A DNA stretch of 40,250 nt from a virus. Taxonomy: Duplodnaviria > Caudoviricetes. The translations under genes were made by a program, and so were the position numbers. The stretch is from the IMG/VR virus record IMGVR_UViG_3300031466_000102, positions 1 through 40,250 of that record; one strand, 5' to 3'. A model generated the notes under the pieces. The model was not told the DNA's origin. It did not search any database and saw only the letters and a list, made by a program, of their open reading frames with translations. Shown here piece after piece: positions 18,509 to 27,905 of this stretch (the first letter of the stretch is position 1; every line of letters begins with the position of its first letter).

Positions 18509-18796
18509 GTGCCAAAGATTAAAAATATAGAAAAAAAGATTTGGGAAGTAGAAGGATTTGCTGTGAACTTTTTACATAGGGATGGAACGAATGTTCATGG
18601 AGCCAAAGCAGGTATCCCACAATACGATTACGAGAGATATGCTAGGAATGATTGGACGGTTAATGAATGGAAAAAGAATAGATTCAACAAATGTTATCCC
18701 GGATTTGATGTAGAAGTTCTAGATGGTGAAGGTAATAAGGTAAGCGGACAAACGAAACTTGGAACTGTTAGAGATTCATATTTGGATGAAGAATAA
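18509..18796 (+). CDS. 95-aa moron protein with internal two-fold repeat
   Basis: AAAGGGGGTG RBS, GTG start; own promoter-like and terminator signals. Confidence 0.8.
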   Translation: MPKIKNIEKKIWEVEGFAVNFLHRDGTNVHGAKAGIPQYDYERYARNDWTVNEWKKNRFNKCYPGFDVEVLDGEGNKVSGQTKLGTVRDSYLDEE

Positions 18797-18816
18797 TGTT
18801 GTTAAAAATTTTTTAA

Positions 18817-18860
18817 GCCACCTTACAAGGTGGCCATCGTTATATGACGGTGTTTGATTT
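18817..18860 (+). terminator. tandem hairpins after moron gene 1
   Basis: gccacctt/aaggtggc and catcgtta/tgacggtg then T-rich. Confidence 0.55.
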
Positions 18861-18916
18861 ATTTGCAGGAAAAAAACCCCCTAAGTAGAAAAAATTATTA
18901 GGAGGGCTGAAATAGG

Positions 18917-19933
18917 ATGGAAAGGATTGAAGATTTTCGTAATTTAGAAAATCCAGATGAGTTGTTGAACAATCTTCTTCTGGGTAATGGTTTCTCTTTG
19001 ATGTTTTCGAAACGTTTTGGTTACCAATCTCTTCTTGATCAGTGTGACAATTTACTTGATGAAGATAGGGAGTTATTTAAAAAGCTAGAAACTAGTAACT
19101 TTGAGACCTGTTTAAATAAATTAATGAGTGCAATTATTATAAATAATCTTTATGGTATAGAAGACAATCATATAAATAGTTATGAAAGAATAAAAAATTC
19201 TTTAATTGAAACCATACGAAAGGTTCATATAGAACATGAAGAAATTATTTGGCGGGATGGTTTTTATGCAGTATCATTATTTAGAAAAGCAAAAAATATA
19301 TTTACTACAAATTATGATTTAATATCTTATTGGATATTTTTATCGGTCAACGAAGGAGTTACTAATCAGGCAGAAAGATATGGAGACTCCTTTAATAGAG
19401 TTGGAAATGATCTCTGTTTTTCAGAATTATTTACAAACCAAACTGGTAAGAAGATTTATTATCTACATGGAGCATTACATCTTTATGAACAGGATGATGT
19501 AAAAAAGATATCAAAGCCTAATCATAGAAGATTATTAGAAGAAATAGAAGATAACTTTGTACTAGGTTTATTGCCTTTATTCGTATCAGAAGGAAATTGG
19601 GTTTTAAAGAAAAAGGCGATCGAATCTAATCCTTACTTACGGTTTTGTTACAATAAACTTAAACAAACAAAAGGAGCTTTAACTATTTTTGGACATAGCC
19701 TTAATGAAGATATGGATAAACATATTGCAGACGCTATTAATGAATCTGAAATCGATAAAATTATTTACGGTATTTATGGCAATGATAAAACACCGAGTGA
19801 AATTGAATTCGAACAAGCTAGGATAAAAAAGATATTTGAAAACAAGGAAGTTATATTTTATAAGTCAGACACTATTTTCGATTATTGTTTTGGGTGGTCT
19901 TTGGAAGACCTAGGGAAAGCTAAAACAATTTGA
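18917..19933 (+). CDS. SIR2-fold DUF4917-like protein (candidate anti-phage effector)
   Basis: LLLGNGFS, FTTNYDL, YLHGALH, PLFVSEG, FGHSL...D.HI; strongly AT-rich. Confidence 0.8.
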   Translation: MERIEDFRNLENPDELLNNLLLGNGFSLMFSKRFGYQSLLDQCDNLLDEDRELFKKLETSNFETCLNKLMSAIIINNLYGIEDNHINSYERIKNSLIETIRKVHIEHEEIIWRDGFYAVSLFRKAKNIFTTNYDLISYWIFLSVNEGVTNQAERYGDSFNRVGNDLCFSELFTNQTGKKIYYLHGALHLYEQDDVKKISKPNHRRLLEEIEDNFVLGLLPLFVSEGNWVLKKKAIESNPYLRFCYNKLKQTKGALTIFGHSLNEDMDKHIADAINESEIDKIIYGIYGNDKTPSEIEFEQARIKKIFENKEVIFYKSDTIFDYCFGWSLEDLGKAKTI

Positions 19934-19947
19934 AAAATTGATTTAGT

Positions 19948-19974
19948 AGCACCCACAGCGGTGCTTTTTCTTTT
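19948..19974 (+). terminator. intrinsic terminator
   Basis: agcacc/ggtgct + tttttctttt. Confidence 0.75.
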
Positions 19975-20004
19975 GCTCATTTATCATGCGAGGTGGTGAT
20001 TTAT

Positions 20005-20514
20005 GTGAAACTTACTGACAAGCAGAAACGATTTGCAGATGAGTATTTGATTGACCTCAATGCTACTCAGGCGGCTATTCGTGCGGGTTATTCACCTGCA
20101 ACAGCAGAGCAGCAAGGAAGTAGATTGTTGAGTAATGTTAAGGTACGCGCATATATAGACGAGCGAATGGCCGAGTTGTCGAAGCGTACAGGTGTGAATC
20201 AAGAGCGTATCATACGTGAATTGGCGCGTATTGCTTTTGTAAATCCACCTGATGTGGTGGATATGGACGAAGCAACTATAAGCCCGTATGCAACAGAGGA
20301 TGATACTGCCGCAATTGCATCTGTGAAGGTAAAACGGATACCGACGCAGGACGGCGAAGGAGTGGAGCGCGAAATCCGATTCGCTGACAAAATCAAAGCT
20401 TTGGAACTGCTCGGCAAGCGCTTCGGCATGTGGCTGGATCGCCAGCAGGTGGATGTACAGGGCGCAGTGCAGATCGTGGATGATGTGCCAGAGAAGAGGG
20501 GCGATGCTGGATGA
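20005..20514 (+). CDS. terS: terminase small subunit
   Basis: LTDKQKRFADEYLIDLNATQAAIRAGYS; KALELLGK. Confidence 0.95.
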   Translation: MKLTDKQKRFADEYLIDLNATQAAIRAGYSPATAEQQGSRLLSNVKVRAYIDERMAELSKRTGVNQERIIRELARIAFVNPPDVVDMDEATISPYATEDDTAAIASVKVKRIPTQDGEGVEREIRFADKIKALELLGKRFGMWLDRQQVDVQGAVQIVDDVPEKRGDAG

Positions 20515-20915
20515 AACACGTGTATCAGCCACCGGGATCCAGTCTTTGTGGGCAAGCATGTGTTGCAATGGTGGCCGGGATTTCGCTGGATGAATCAATA
20601 AAGGCGTTTAGCGGCAAGCGGGGTGGAACACGGACGAAAGATATCGTACAGGCTTTGAGTCGGCTGGGCTTTGTATGCGAGAATCGTTTACGCCGCGTCA
20701 AAGGTCAGCTGCCAGACGTTTGCGTCGTAAAATTGCGATTCGCTGGTTCCCATCGATCGCATTGGACGCTGTGGTATCATGGACGGTTTTATGATCCTGA
20801 CCCGGCAGGCGATGCAGTGCTTAATGCCGATAAGACAAAGTATCCGCAGGGTGTACATGTGTCGTCATATTTGCCAGTCTTCGGGGTGTCTGAAAAACGA
20901 TGCAGATCCGCCTAA
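20511..20915 (+). CDS. papain-fold C39-like cysteine peptidase
   Basis: Q....LCGQACVAM, HWTL, YDPD (Cys-His-Asp); overlaps both neighbours. Confidence 0.65.
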   Translation: MKHVYQPPGSSLCGQACVAMVAGISLDESIKAFSGKRGGTRTKDIVQALSRLGFVCENRLRRVKGQLPDVCVVKLRFAGSHRSHWTLWYHGRFYDPDPAGDAVLNADKTKYPQGVHVSSYLPVFGVSEKRCRSA

Positions 20916-22138
20916 CCGAAATCATCGCGCCGAGCTTCTACGAGGTTCATCACGTGATCAAAAGTGACGCGGCCACACATTTCTTGCTCGGCGGTGGTCG
21001 CGGCTCAACGAAATCATCCTTTACGCCGACTGAAATCATTCTCGGTATCATTTCCAATTTGGATGCGAACGCAATCGCGTTGCGAAAGGTTAAGGACACG
21101 CTGCGGGAATCGGTATATGAATCGTTCGTATGGGCAATTGAAAAGCTTGGCATATCTCACCTGTTCGATTGCCGAGTTTCGCCAATGCAAATCGTCTACA
21201 AGCCGACTGGCCAAAAGATTATATTCCGCGGAGCTGATAACCCGATTAAAATCAAGTCTTTGCGGCTTCGCAAAGGCTTTTTTAAGTTTGTCTGGTATGA
21301 AGAGGCTGATGAATTCAGTATTGAGGATATTCGTTCGATTAATCAGACCGTGCTTCGCGGCGGTGCCGGTTACAAGGTGTTTTACACATACAACCCGCCA
21401 AAAAGCCGCAAGAAGTGGGTTCATGAATACAAGAAAAACCCGCCGGCAGGTTGGTTCGTTCATCACAGCACGTACCTGGACGTCCCGCGCGAATGGCTTG
21501 GGGAGCAATTCTTCATCGAGGCCGAAACGCTACGGCAACGCAACGAGCTCGCATACCGGCATGAGTACCTTGGCGAAGACGTTGGCACTGGCGGCGAAAT
21601 TTTTCGGAACCTTACACTGCGCCGGATCAGTGACGAAGAGATCGCCAAGTTCGATCGTATCAAGCGGGGCTTGGATTTTGGTTTTGCTGCGCATCCGACG
21701 CATTATGGAGTCATGCATTATGACGCCACACGCAGGCGTCTTTATATTTTTTACGAACTGCACAAAGTCGGAATGTCGAACCGGGCGCTGGCTAACTCGA
21801 TCAAGGCTGAAAACAAATCTAACGCTCGTGTGACGGCAGACAGCGCCGAGCCTCGGACGATTTCGGAGTTGCGGAATCTCGGGCTAAACGTCCATGGCGC
21901 CAAAAAAGGTCCTGACAGTGTGGATCACGGTATCAAGTTTTTGCAAGACTTGGACGAGATCATAATTGACCCGATCCGCTGTCCGAACACGGCACGCGAG
22001 TTCGATGGGTATGAGCTGGAGCCTGACGGCAATGGTGGCTGGAAGGAAGGGTACCCGGATCGGGATAATCACAGCATTGACGCTGTGCGGTACGCGATGG
22101 AGAGCGAGATCCGCGGTCCAGCCGTATCATTCGACTGA
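20900..22138 (+). CDS. terL: terminase large subunit, PBSX family
   Basis: GGRGSTKS, WYEEADE, YNPP, GLDFG, DSAEP, NHSIDAVRY. Confidence 0.95.
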   Translation: MQIRLTEIIAPSFYEVHHVIKSDAATHFLLGGGRGSTKSSFTPTEIILGIISNLDANAIALRKVKDTLRESVYESFVWAIEKLGISHLFDCRVSPMQIVYKPTGQKIIFRGADNPIKIKSLRLRKGFFKFVWYEEADEFSIEDIRSINQTVLRGGAGYKVFYTYNPPKSRKKWVHEYKKNPPAGWFVHHSTYLDVPREWLGEQFFIEAETLRQRNELAYRHEYLGEDVGTGGEIFRNLTLRRISDEEIAKFDRIKRGLDFGFAAHPTHYGVMHYDATRRRLYIFYELHKVGMSNRALANSIKAENKSNARVTADSAEPRTISELRNLGLNVHGAKKGPDSVDHGIKFLQDLDEIIIDPIRCPNTAREFDGYELEPDGNGGWKEGYPDRDNHSIDAVRYAMESEIRGPAVSFD

Positions 22139-22151
22139 AAGGAGTGAAAAA

Positions 22152-23615
22152 TTGACAACTGAAATGCAACTAATCACGTCAATCATCGAAGCTGGTGCCA
22201 AATCGGCGATGAGCTTGGAACAGATCATCAAAACCGAGATTGACGAATGGCTTACATCCTCCGAACGGAAATGGATGCTGACCGGACAACGGTATTACGG
22301 TGCAGATCACGATATCTTAAATCGTAAACGGACAGCGATCGGTGAAGGTGGAGAACTGATCGAAGTTGATAATTTGGCCAACAACAAATTGGTTCACGCC
22401 TTTGTGCGCAAGCTCGTCGATCAGAAAGTTGGTTACCTGTTCGGGAAGCCGCTGAGTATTAAAGCTGAAAATACCACTTACCAGGACTTGTTGAATGACA
22501 CTTTCAACAAGTCTTTTTTGCGTCTCCTGAAAAACCTCGGCAAAGAAGCTATCAACAAGGGCAAGGCATGGCTGCACGTCTATTACGACGAAAACGGCCA
22601 GCTGTCATTCAAGAAAATCCCGTCCGAGGAGATCGTTCCGCTCTGGCGTGACGCGGCACATACTGAGTTAGATGCTGTAATAAGAGTTTACGAGATTGAG
22701 GCTTACGAAGGAACCGAGAAGAAGATCATCACAAAGGTCGAGTTTTGGGATATTAACGGCGTGCAGCGGTATGAGCTAAACGAGGGTGGTCTGATCACGG
22801 ATGTGGAGGCGGGCGAGGTTGGCAGTCATTTCACGGTTGTGCAGGACGGGAAGGAACAAGGGTTTAACTGGGAACGAGTCCCGTTCGTCTGTTTCAAGTA
22901 TAACGACGAGGAGCTTCCGTTAGTCCGGGTTATCAAATCGCTCGTGGACGATTACGACCTGAAGACTTCTGACCAAGCCAACAACCTGGAAGACCTGCCG
23001 AATTCGATTTACGTCATCAGGAACTATGACGGCCAGGATCTGGGCGAGTTTCGTCGCAACCTTTCGGTGTACCGGGCGGTGAAGGTGACGGATGAGGGCG
23101 GCGTTGACACGATCAGCCTGGAGATCAACGTCGATGCCTTCCGCACTCACATCGAACAGCTCCGTAAGGACATCTACGAGTTCGGCCGCGGGGTGGATAC
23201 GCAGAGCGAGAAATTTGGCAACAGTCCGAGCGGCATTGCGCTGAAATTCTTGTATGCGGATCTGGACATGGATGCCAACATCATTGAAACCGAGTTTCAG
23301 GCGAGTCTTGAGCAACTGCTCTGGTTTGTGAATCAGCACATCGCTAATACGACTGGTCAAGATTTTTCAAGTGAAGCGGTCGAATTCATCTTCAACCGCG
23401 ACATCCTGATCAACGAAACAGATGCAATCGCAAATATCCGTAACAGCGTTGGCCTACTGTCCGATGAAACACTGATTGCGCAGCATCCGTGGGTCACGGA
23501 TGTGCAGGAAGAATTGGATCGCATCCGGAAGCAACGTGAGGTAGACATGGCCCAGTTCCAGACGTACGGAGAACTGAGACAGCAGCCACAACCTGGCGAA
23601 GGTGAACCCATATGA
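22152..23615 (+). CDS. portal protein, SPP1 gp6-like
   Basis: LVDQKVGYL.GKP, SG.ALKF, HPWV.D..EEL.RI; AAAGGAG RBS, TTG start. Confidence 0.92.
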   Translation: MTTEMQLITSIIEAGAKSAMSLEQIIKTEIDEWLTSSERKWMLTGQRYYGADHDILNRKRTAIGEGGELIEVDNLANNKLVHAFVRKLVDQKVGYLFGKPLSIKAENTTYQDLLNDTFNKSFLRLLKNLGKEAINKGKAWLHVYYDENGQLSFKKIPSEEIVPLWRDAAHTELDAVIRVYEIEAYEGTEKKIITKVEFWDINGVQRYELNEGGLITDVEAGEVGSHFTVVQDGKEQGFNWERVPFVCFKYNDEELPLVRVIKSLVDDYDLKTSDQANNLEDLPNSIYVIRNYDGQDLGEFRRNLSVYRAVKVTDEGGVDTISLEINVDAFRTHIEQLRKDIYEFGRGVDTQSEKFGNSPSGIALKFLYADLDMDANIIETEFQASLEQLLWFVNQHIANTTGQDFSSEAVEFIFNRDILINETDAIANIRNSVGLLSDETLIAQHPWVTDVQEELDRIRKQREVDMAQFQTYGELRQQPQPGEGEPI

Positions 23616-25039
23616 AGCTGGCCGAGTATTGGCGACGCCGCAGCGAAGAAGTAGCCGCAAGGCAGTTCGCGAAGGCTGATACTTATCAAGTCGAATTGGC
23701 CCGGGAGTATGCACGGGCTACGGAGGAGATCCGTCGCGCAATCGAAGTGTTTTACCAACGATATGCGGAGAACGGTGAGGTCAGCATGGCTGAAGCTCGT
23801 CGGCAGCTTTCTGGTCGAGAGTTGCGACAGTTCAAAATGACACTGGAGGAGTTCATCGAGAAGGCCAAAAACAATGCTGACGGCCGCTGGACGAAACAGT
23901 TGAATGAGGTTTACTACCGGGTCCGGGTGAGTCGATACGAGGCTCTACTGACGGAGATTCAGCAACAGATTGAACTTTTAGCAGGAAGCCGTCAAAAAGG
24001 TACTGGCAAGCTCCTGAGCGATGTGTACAAGGATACCTATTACCGAACCATCTTCGAACTCCAAAAAGGCACGGGATTCGGTGTAACGTTCGCCCGGGTT
24101 GACCGTGACACGCTGGAGACCGTCCTCGGGACGGAGTTCGCAGGTAGCAATTGGTCCAAGCGCATCTGGGGCGACCGGGACAAGCTGATCGGCGAGCTGC
24201 GCACCAAGCTGGCGCAAGCGTTCATTCGCGGCGAGTCCGCCGAACGAACGGCGCGGGATCTGGCTGAACGGATGGCTGTCTCTCGATCCAACGCTGAGCG
24301 CCTGGTACAGACGGAAACCGCGTTTTTTGTTGGAGAAGCTACAGCTGCCGGTTATAAAGCAAGCGGTGTGGTTGATCGGTATGAGATCCTAGCCACTCTC
24401 GATAACCGGACAAGCGAAATTTGCCGCAGCATGGACGGGAAGGTATTCAAACTCTCAGAGCGCGAGGTCGGAGTGAACTATCCACCTTTGCATGCCCGTT
24501 GCCGTTCTACGGTTGTGCCGTATTTCGATGAAGAATTCGACGTGGGTGAACGGATCGCTCGTGGCGAGGGTGGAAAAACGTATTATGTGCCAGGTGATAT
24601 GACATACACCGAATGGAAAAAACAATATGTCGATGATGCTATGACGGCTAAAGAACGTGAACTGGCATTGAAAAAAGAGCTTGAAAATGAGAAAATTAAA
24701 AAGATACGAGAGTATATCAGATCTGATGCAGTGTCTAAAAAGGTGCATGAAGGACAACAGGGCAAACATATCCGAGGTCACAATAATTATATTGAGGGTA
24801 GAAGCTATTTAACGATCTCAATGGATGAGGTTCAGAAGTTGATCAATCGTTATGCTGGTACAGGAGAAATCCGGTTTACTCGTAAAGGGGAATGGGACCA
24901 AAAGGAGATCATCATAACCGATGATGAGGTTGGCGTCTATATAGACCAGTCAGCAATGCAAGAATTTAAGCCTGATGGATTTAAGATACATTACGGAAAG
25001 AAAGGCGCGCATATCGTACCATATCGAAAAGAGAGGTGA
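23612..25039 (+). CDS. MuF/gp7 minor head protein with C-terminal Ntox50-like RNase toxin
   Basis: YW..R N-term, RLVQTE, TLD.RTS.IC..DG, PPLH.RCRS; C-term QGKHI.GH..Y...KIHYGKKGAHIVP. Confidence 0.88.
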   Translation: MKLAEYWRRRSEEVAARQFAKADTYQVELAREYARATEEIRRAIEVFYQRYAENGEVSMAEARRQLSGRELRQFKMTLEEFIEKAKNNADGRWTKQLNEVYYRVRVSRYEALLTEIQQQIELLAGSRQKGTGKLLSDVYKDTYYRTIFELQKGTGFGVTFARVDRDTLETVLGTEFAGSNWSKRIWGDRDKLIGELRTKLAQAFIRGESAERTARDLAERMAVSRSNAERLVQTETAFFVGEATAAGYKASGVVDRYEILATLDNRTSEICRSMDGKVFKLSEREVGVNYPPLHARCRSTVVPYFDEEFDVGERIARGEGGKTYYVPGDMTYTEWKKQYVDDAMTAKERELALKKELENEKIKKIREYIRSDAVSKKVHEGQQGKHIRGHNNYIEGRSYLTISMDEVQKLINRYAGTGEIRFTRKGEWDQKEIIITDDEVGVYIDQSAMQEFKPDGFKIHYGKKGAHIVPYRKER

Positions 25040-25042
25040 AGA

Positions 25043-25237
25043 TTGTTGGACTTAAAAGAATACGTTGGAAAGCGAATACGAGTGACGGATATCGATGGTC
25101 AGATATTCGAAGGTAAATGCACAGATTATGCTCAGCCAGCAGACAATGATCCAGAGATAGCGAGTATAGCTATCGAGACAGAAGTGCTCACATATGAGCT
25201 GTACGAGAACGAAATCAAAAACATTGAAATAGTCTGA
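25043..25237 (+). CDS. putative immunity protein for MuF toxin
   Basis: Small acidic ORF immediately after toxin, GAGGTG RBS, followed by terminator. Confidence 0.7.
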   Translation: MLDLKEYVGKRIRVTDIDGQIFEGKCTDYAQPADNDPEIASIAIETEVLTYELYENEIKNIEIV

Positions 25238-25239
25238 TG

Positions 25240-25271
25240 AAGCACTCACGCAATCATGCGAGGGTGCTTTT
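25240..25271 (+). terminator. intrinsic terminator
   Basis: aagcactc..cgca/tgcg..gggtgctttt. Confidence 0.75.
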
Positions 25272-25297
25272 GTTTTGGCTGAGAGAGAGGTGAGTTT

Positions 25298-25582
25298 ATG
25301 CCGATTAAGGATTATAAACGCAGTTTCTACTGCCAAGCAATCCAGTTTACTTCAACCGATTCGGTGCACGTGCAGGAAATCATTGATTTTGTTGGCTTGC
25401 CAATCTCGATTGACTATACAGCGGACGCAGGCGTCAGGCTGCGTGTCATACGAGGTGCATTCGATGTGCTGGTAGCGTACATGACCGATTACATTGTGAA
25501 ACATCAGGGTGGTCGCCTTGAAGCATTGAAAAAAGAACAGTTTGAATCAGAATATGAAGAAGTATCTATGGGCTCCGGATGA
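25298..25582 (+). CDS. hypothetical phage protein
   Basis: GAGGTG RBS; AIQF..DYIVK...G....KKEQFE..YE. Confidence 0.75.
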   Translation: MPIKDYKRSFYCQAIQFTSTDSVHVQEIIDFVGLPISIDYTADAGVRLRVIRGAFDVLVAYMTDYIVKHQGGRLEALKKEQFESEYEEVSMGSG

Positions 25583-25704
25583 GACTTCCGGGGTCTTTAT
25601 GTTTGCCCTGTCGTATGGCATAAAACTAGGCATAGTCAGCCGGACTATAACGGCTAATCCCTTAGTTGGAGAGCAACTATAAAAATCTATGGAGGATGAG
25701 ATAT

Positions 25705-26346
25705 ATGGATTGGTTAAAAGATCTTTTGAAAAAAGCAGGATTTGACGAATCGAAGCTAGATGAACTGATCAGCGAGATCAATAAAGAATTGCCAAAACAC
25801 TTTGTTCCAAAAAGCCAGTATAACGACATGGCGGAAGCCAAAAAACAGCTTGAATCTGATCTCAAAGACCGCGACAAGCAGCTTGCAGACTTGAAGAAAG
25901 CTGCTGGTGACAATGAGGAGCTTAAAAAGCAAATCGAGCAACTGCAGACGGAAAACAAGGCTAAGGAGCAAGAATATCAAACTAAGCTCCGAGACATGGC
26001 CGTGACAACGGCAATCAAACTGGCAGTGGCTGGCCAAGTACATGATCCGGATCTGGTGGCCACGCTATTGGACAAATCTAAAATCGAGATCGACGAGAAC
26101 GGCAATATCAAAGCCGGCCTTGACGATCAAATTAAAGTTTTAAGAGAGAGCAAGACTTTTTTGTTTGTTGAAAAACAAGACAAAGGACCGCAGTTTAAAG
26201 GCGTGAATCCTGCAGAAAGTCGAGATTCTTCTGGCGGAGGAATCAAAAACCCTTGGTCTCGTGAACACTTCAATCTGACCGAGCAAGGTCGGATTCTCCG
26301 GGAAAACCCTGAACTGGCAAAGCAGCTGATGGCTGCAGCGAAATAA
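25705..26346 (+). CDS. capsid scaffolding protein
   Basis: PKHFVPK..Y, coiled coil, NPW..E.FNLTEQG. Confidence 0.88.
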   Translation: MDWLKDLLKKAGFDESKLDELISEINKELPKHFVPKSQYNDMAEAKKQLESDLKDRDKQLADLKKAAGDNEELKKQIEQLQTENKAKEQEYQTKLRDMAVTTAIKLAVAGQVHDPDLVATLLDKSKIEIDENGNIKAGLDDQIKVLRESKTFLFVEKQDKGPQFKGVNPAESRDSSGGGIKNPWSREHFNLTEQGRILRENPELAKQLMAAAK

Positions 26347-26368
26347 TTTTTTGAGGAGATGATAGCAA

Positions 26369-27346
26369 ATGCCACCTATTACTCGTATTGGTGATGTAAT
26401 TCAACCCGAAGTGTTTAATGATTATGTGATTCGACGCACGATGGAACTATCTGCGCTGGTTCAGTCCGGTATCGTGCAAAACCTTTCTGAGTTCGATTCT
26501 CTTGCCAGCGGCCCGAATACACTGGTCAACATGCCATTCTGGAACGACCTTACTGGCGATTCCGAAACTATGAAAGATGACGGTGCGTTGACACCGGGAA
26601 AAATCGGTTCCGACAAAGACGTGGCACGAAAACACGGCCGCGCACGCGCATGGGGAGCCAATGGCTTGTCCGCTCTACTCTCCGGTGATGATCCGATGAG
26701 GGCGATTGCTGATTTGGTGGCGGCGTACTGGACGCGCGATATGCAGAAAGTATTGCTGGCGACGCTTGCTGGTGTTTTCGCTTCTCCGTCCATGGCCGGT
26801 CACATCCATGATATTTCGGGCGAAACCGGCGACGCTGCATTGATCAGCGGCGAAAGCTTCATTGATGCGTCGCAGAAGTTGGGCGACGCGAAAGACTTGC
26901 TAACTGGCGTCATGATGCACTCAGCCGTTGAGGCGTACTTGGCTAAGCGGCAGTTGATTGAATATGTGCAGGAGAAAGACCAATCGGTTCGTGTACCCTA
27001 TTTCATGAACAAGCGCGTGATTGTGGATGATTCAATGCCATATGACACTGCAACAAAGACCGGCACAGCGTACTTGTTTGGCGCTGGTGCAATTGCACTG
27101 GGCAATGGTTCACATCCGCGGATCATTGCGACTGAAATTGACCGAGACTCCTTGGCTTCTTCTGGTGAGGACTTCCTGATCAACCGCCGAATCTTCATCC
27201 TGCATCCACGCGGTGTGAAATGGACAGAAGCAGACGTCGCAGATGTGTTCCCTGAGAACTCAGAGTTGGCTAACGGCGCAAACTGGCAGCGTGTGTACGA
27301 GCCGAAAGCGATCCGGGTTGTTAAGCATGTATTCAAAATTGCGTAA
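26369..27346 (+). CDS. major capsid protein
   Basis: TRI.DVIQPEVF, MPFWNDL.G, MHS, HPRG, NW.RVYEPKAI. Confidence 0.92.
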   Translation: MPPITRIGDVIQPEVFNDYVIRRTMELSALVQSGIVQNLSEFDSLASGPNTLVNMPFWNDLTGDSETMKDDGALTPGKIGSDKDVARKHGRARAWGANGLSALLSGDDPMRAIADLVAAYWTRDMQKVLLATLAGVFASPSMAGHIHDISGETGDAALISGESFIDASQKLGDAKDLLTGVMMHSAVEAYLAKRQLIEYVQEKDQSVRVPYFMNKRVIVDDSMPYDTATKTGTAYLFGAGAIALGNGSHPRIIATEIDRDSLASSGEDFLINRRIFILHPRGVKWTEADVADVFPENSELANGANWQRVYEPKAIRVVKHVFKIA

Positions 27347-27376
27347 GAGGGGCTAAACAAGGCTCCTCTTTTCTTT
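27345..27376 (+). terminator. terminator after capsid gene
   Basis: aagaggggc/gctcctctt + ttcttt. Confidence 0.7.
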
Positions 27377-27392
27377 GTGGAGGTGAAATTAA

Positions 27393-27545
27393 GTGAGCCT
27401 AACAGGTTTTCAGCGCCGCCGGCGTGAGCTGGCGGCAAAAAAACAGGCACAACAGGTTGATCAGGTTGAATCGCCGCAAAAAGAAACGCCTGAAGAACGG
27501 CAGAAGCGACAGAGGAAGGGCGGAAGCAACGATGCCAGCGGCTGA
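27393..27545 (+). CDS. 50-aa protein (MSLTGFQRRRRE...)
   Basis: GGAGGTG RBS, GTG start. Confidence 0.65.
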   Translation: MSLTGFQRRRRELAAKKQAQQVDQVESPQKETPEERQKRQRKGGSNDASG

Positions 27546-27900
27546 TGTATTGTCCATCGTCAAACTCCGCCTTGGACTTACAGACGAATGGGATGCGTTG
27601 GTCAACTCCTACGTGCAGGAGATTGGCCGGCGCATCTTACACTATACGAACCTGGCAGTGATTCCTTCAGAACTGGAGTACACTTGGGCATCCATGACGA
27701 TCGACGCGCTCCGGATCGAGCAGCCCAAGCTACCTGGTATTGAGGAAACGACTGGAGGAGGGGAGCAGGTCACGGTTGGCGACACGTCGTCGGCACCTGC
27801 GAAGAGTTCTGGTCTGACTAACGACGCTAAGACGGTGATCGATCAGGTGGTTTTGAATTACCGAGTTGATTTGAACCGATACCGAAAGCTGAGGTGGTGA
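27532..27900 (+). CDS. head-tail connector/adaptor
   Basis: I..Y.N...IP.ELEY, VGDTS, Y..DLNRYRKLRW. Confidence 0.8.
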   Translation: MPAADVLSIVKLRLGLTDEWDALVNSYVQEIGRRILHYTNLAVIPSELEYTWASMTIDALRIEQPKLPGIEETTGGGEQVTVGDTSSAPAKSSGLTNDAKTVIDQVVLNYRVDLNRYRKLRW

Positions 27901-27905
27901 CGACG

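Noticed and set aside
20964-21833. 289-aa alternative-frame ORF inside terL, and other long overlapping or antisense ORFs (e.g. 13556-14110, 20092-20598)
   Set aside because: Shadow ORFs of higher-GC coding regions, with no RBS or recognisable motifs
21966-22151. Extended portal N-terminus (likewise 27424-27531 and 32437-32478)
   Set aside because: They overlap upstream genes or terminators; better RBS-supported starts lie downstream
25660-25695. preQ1-I riboswitch
   Set aside because: Only a superficial stem + A-rich tail likeness; ligand-binding residues not recognisable and no queuosine genes nearby
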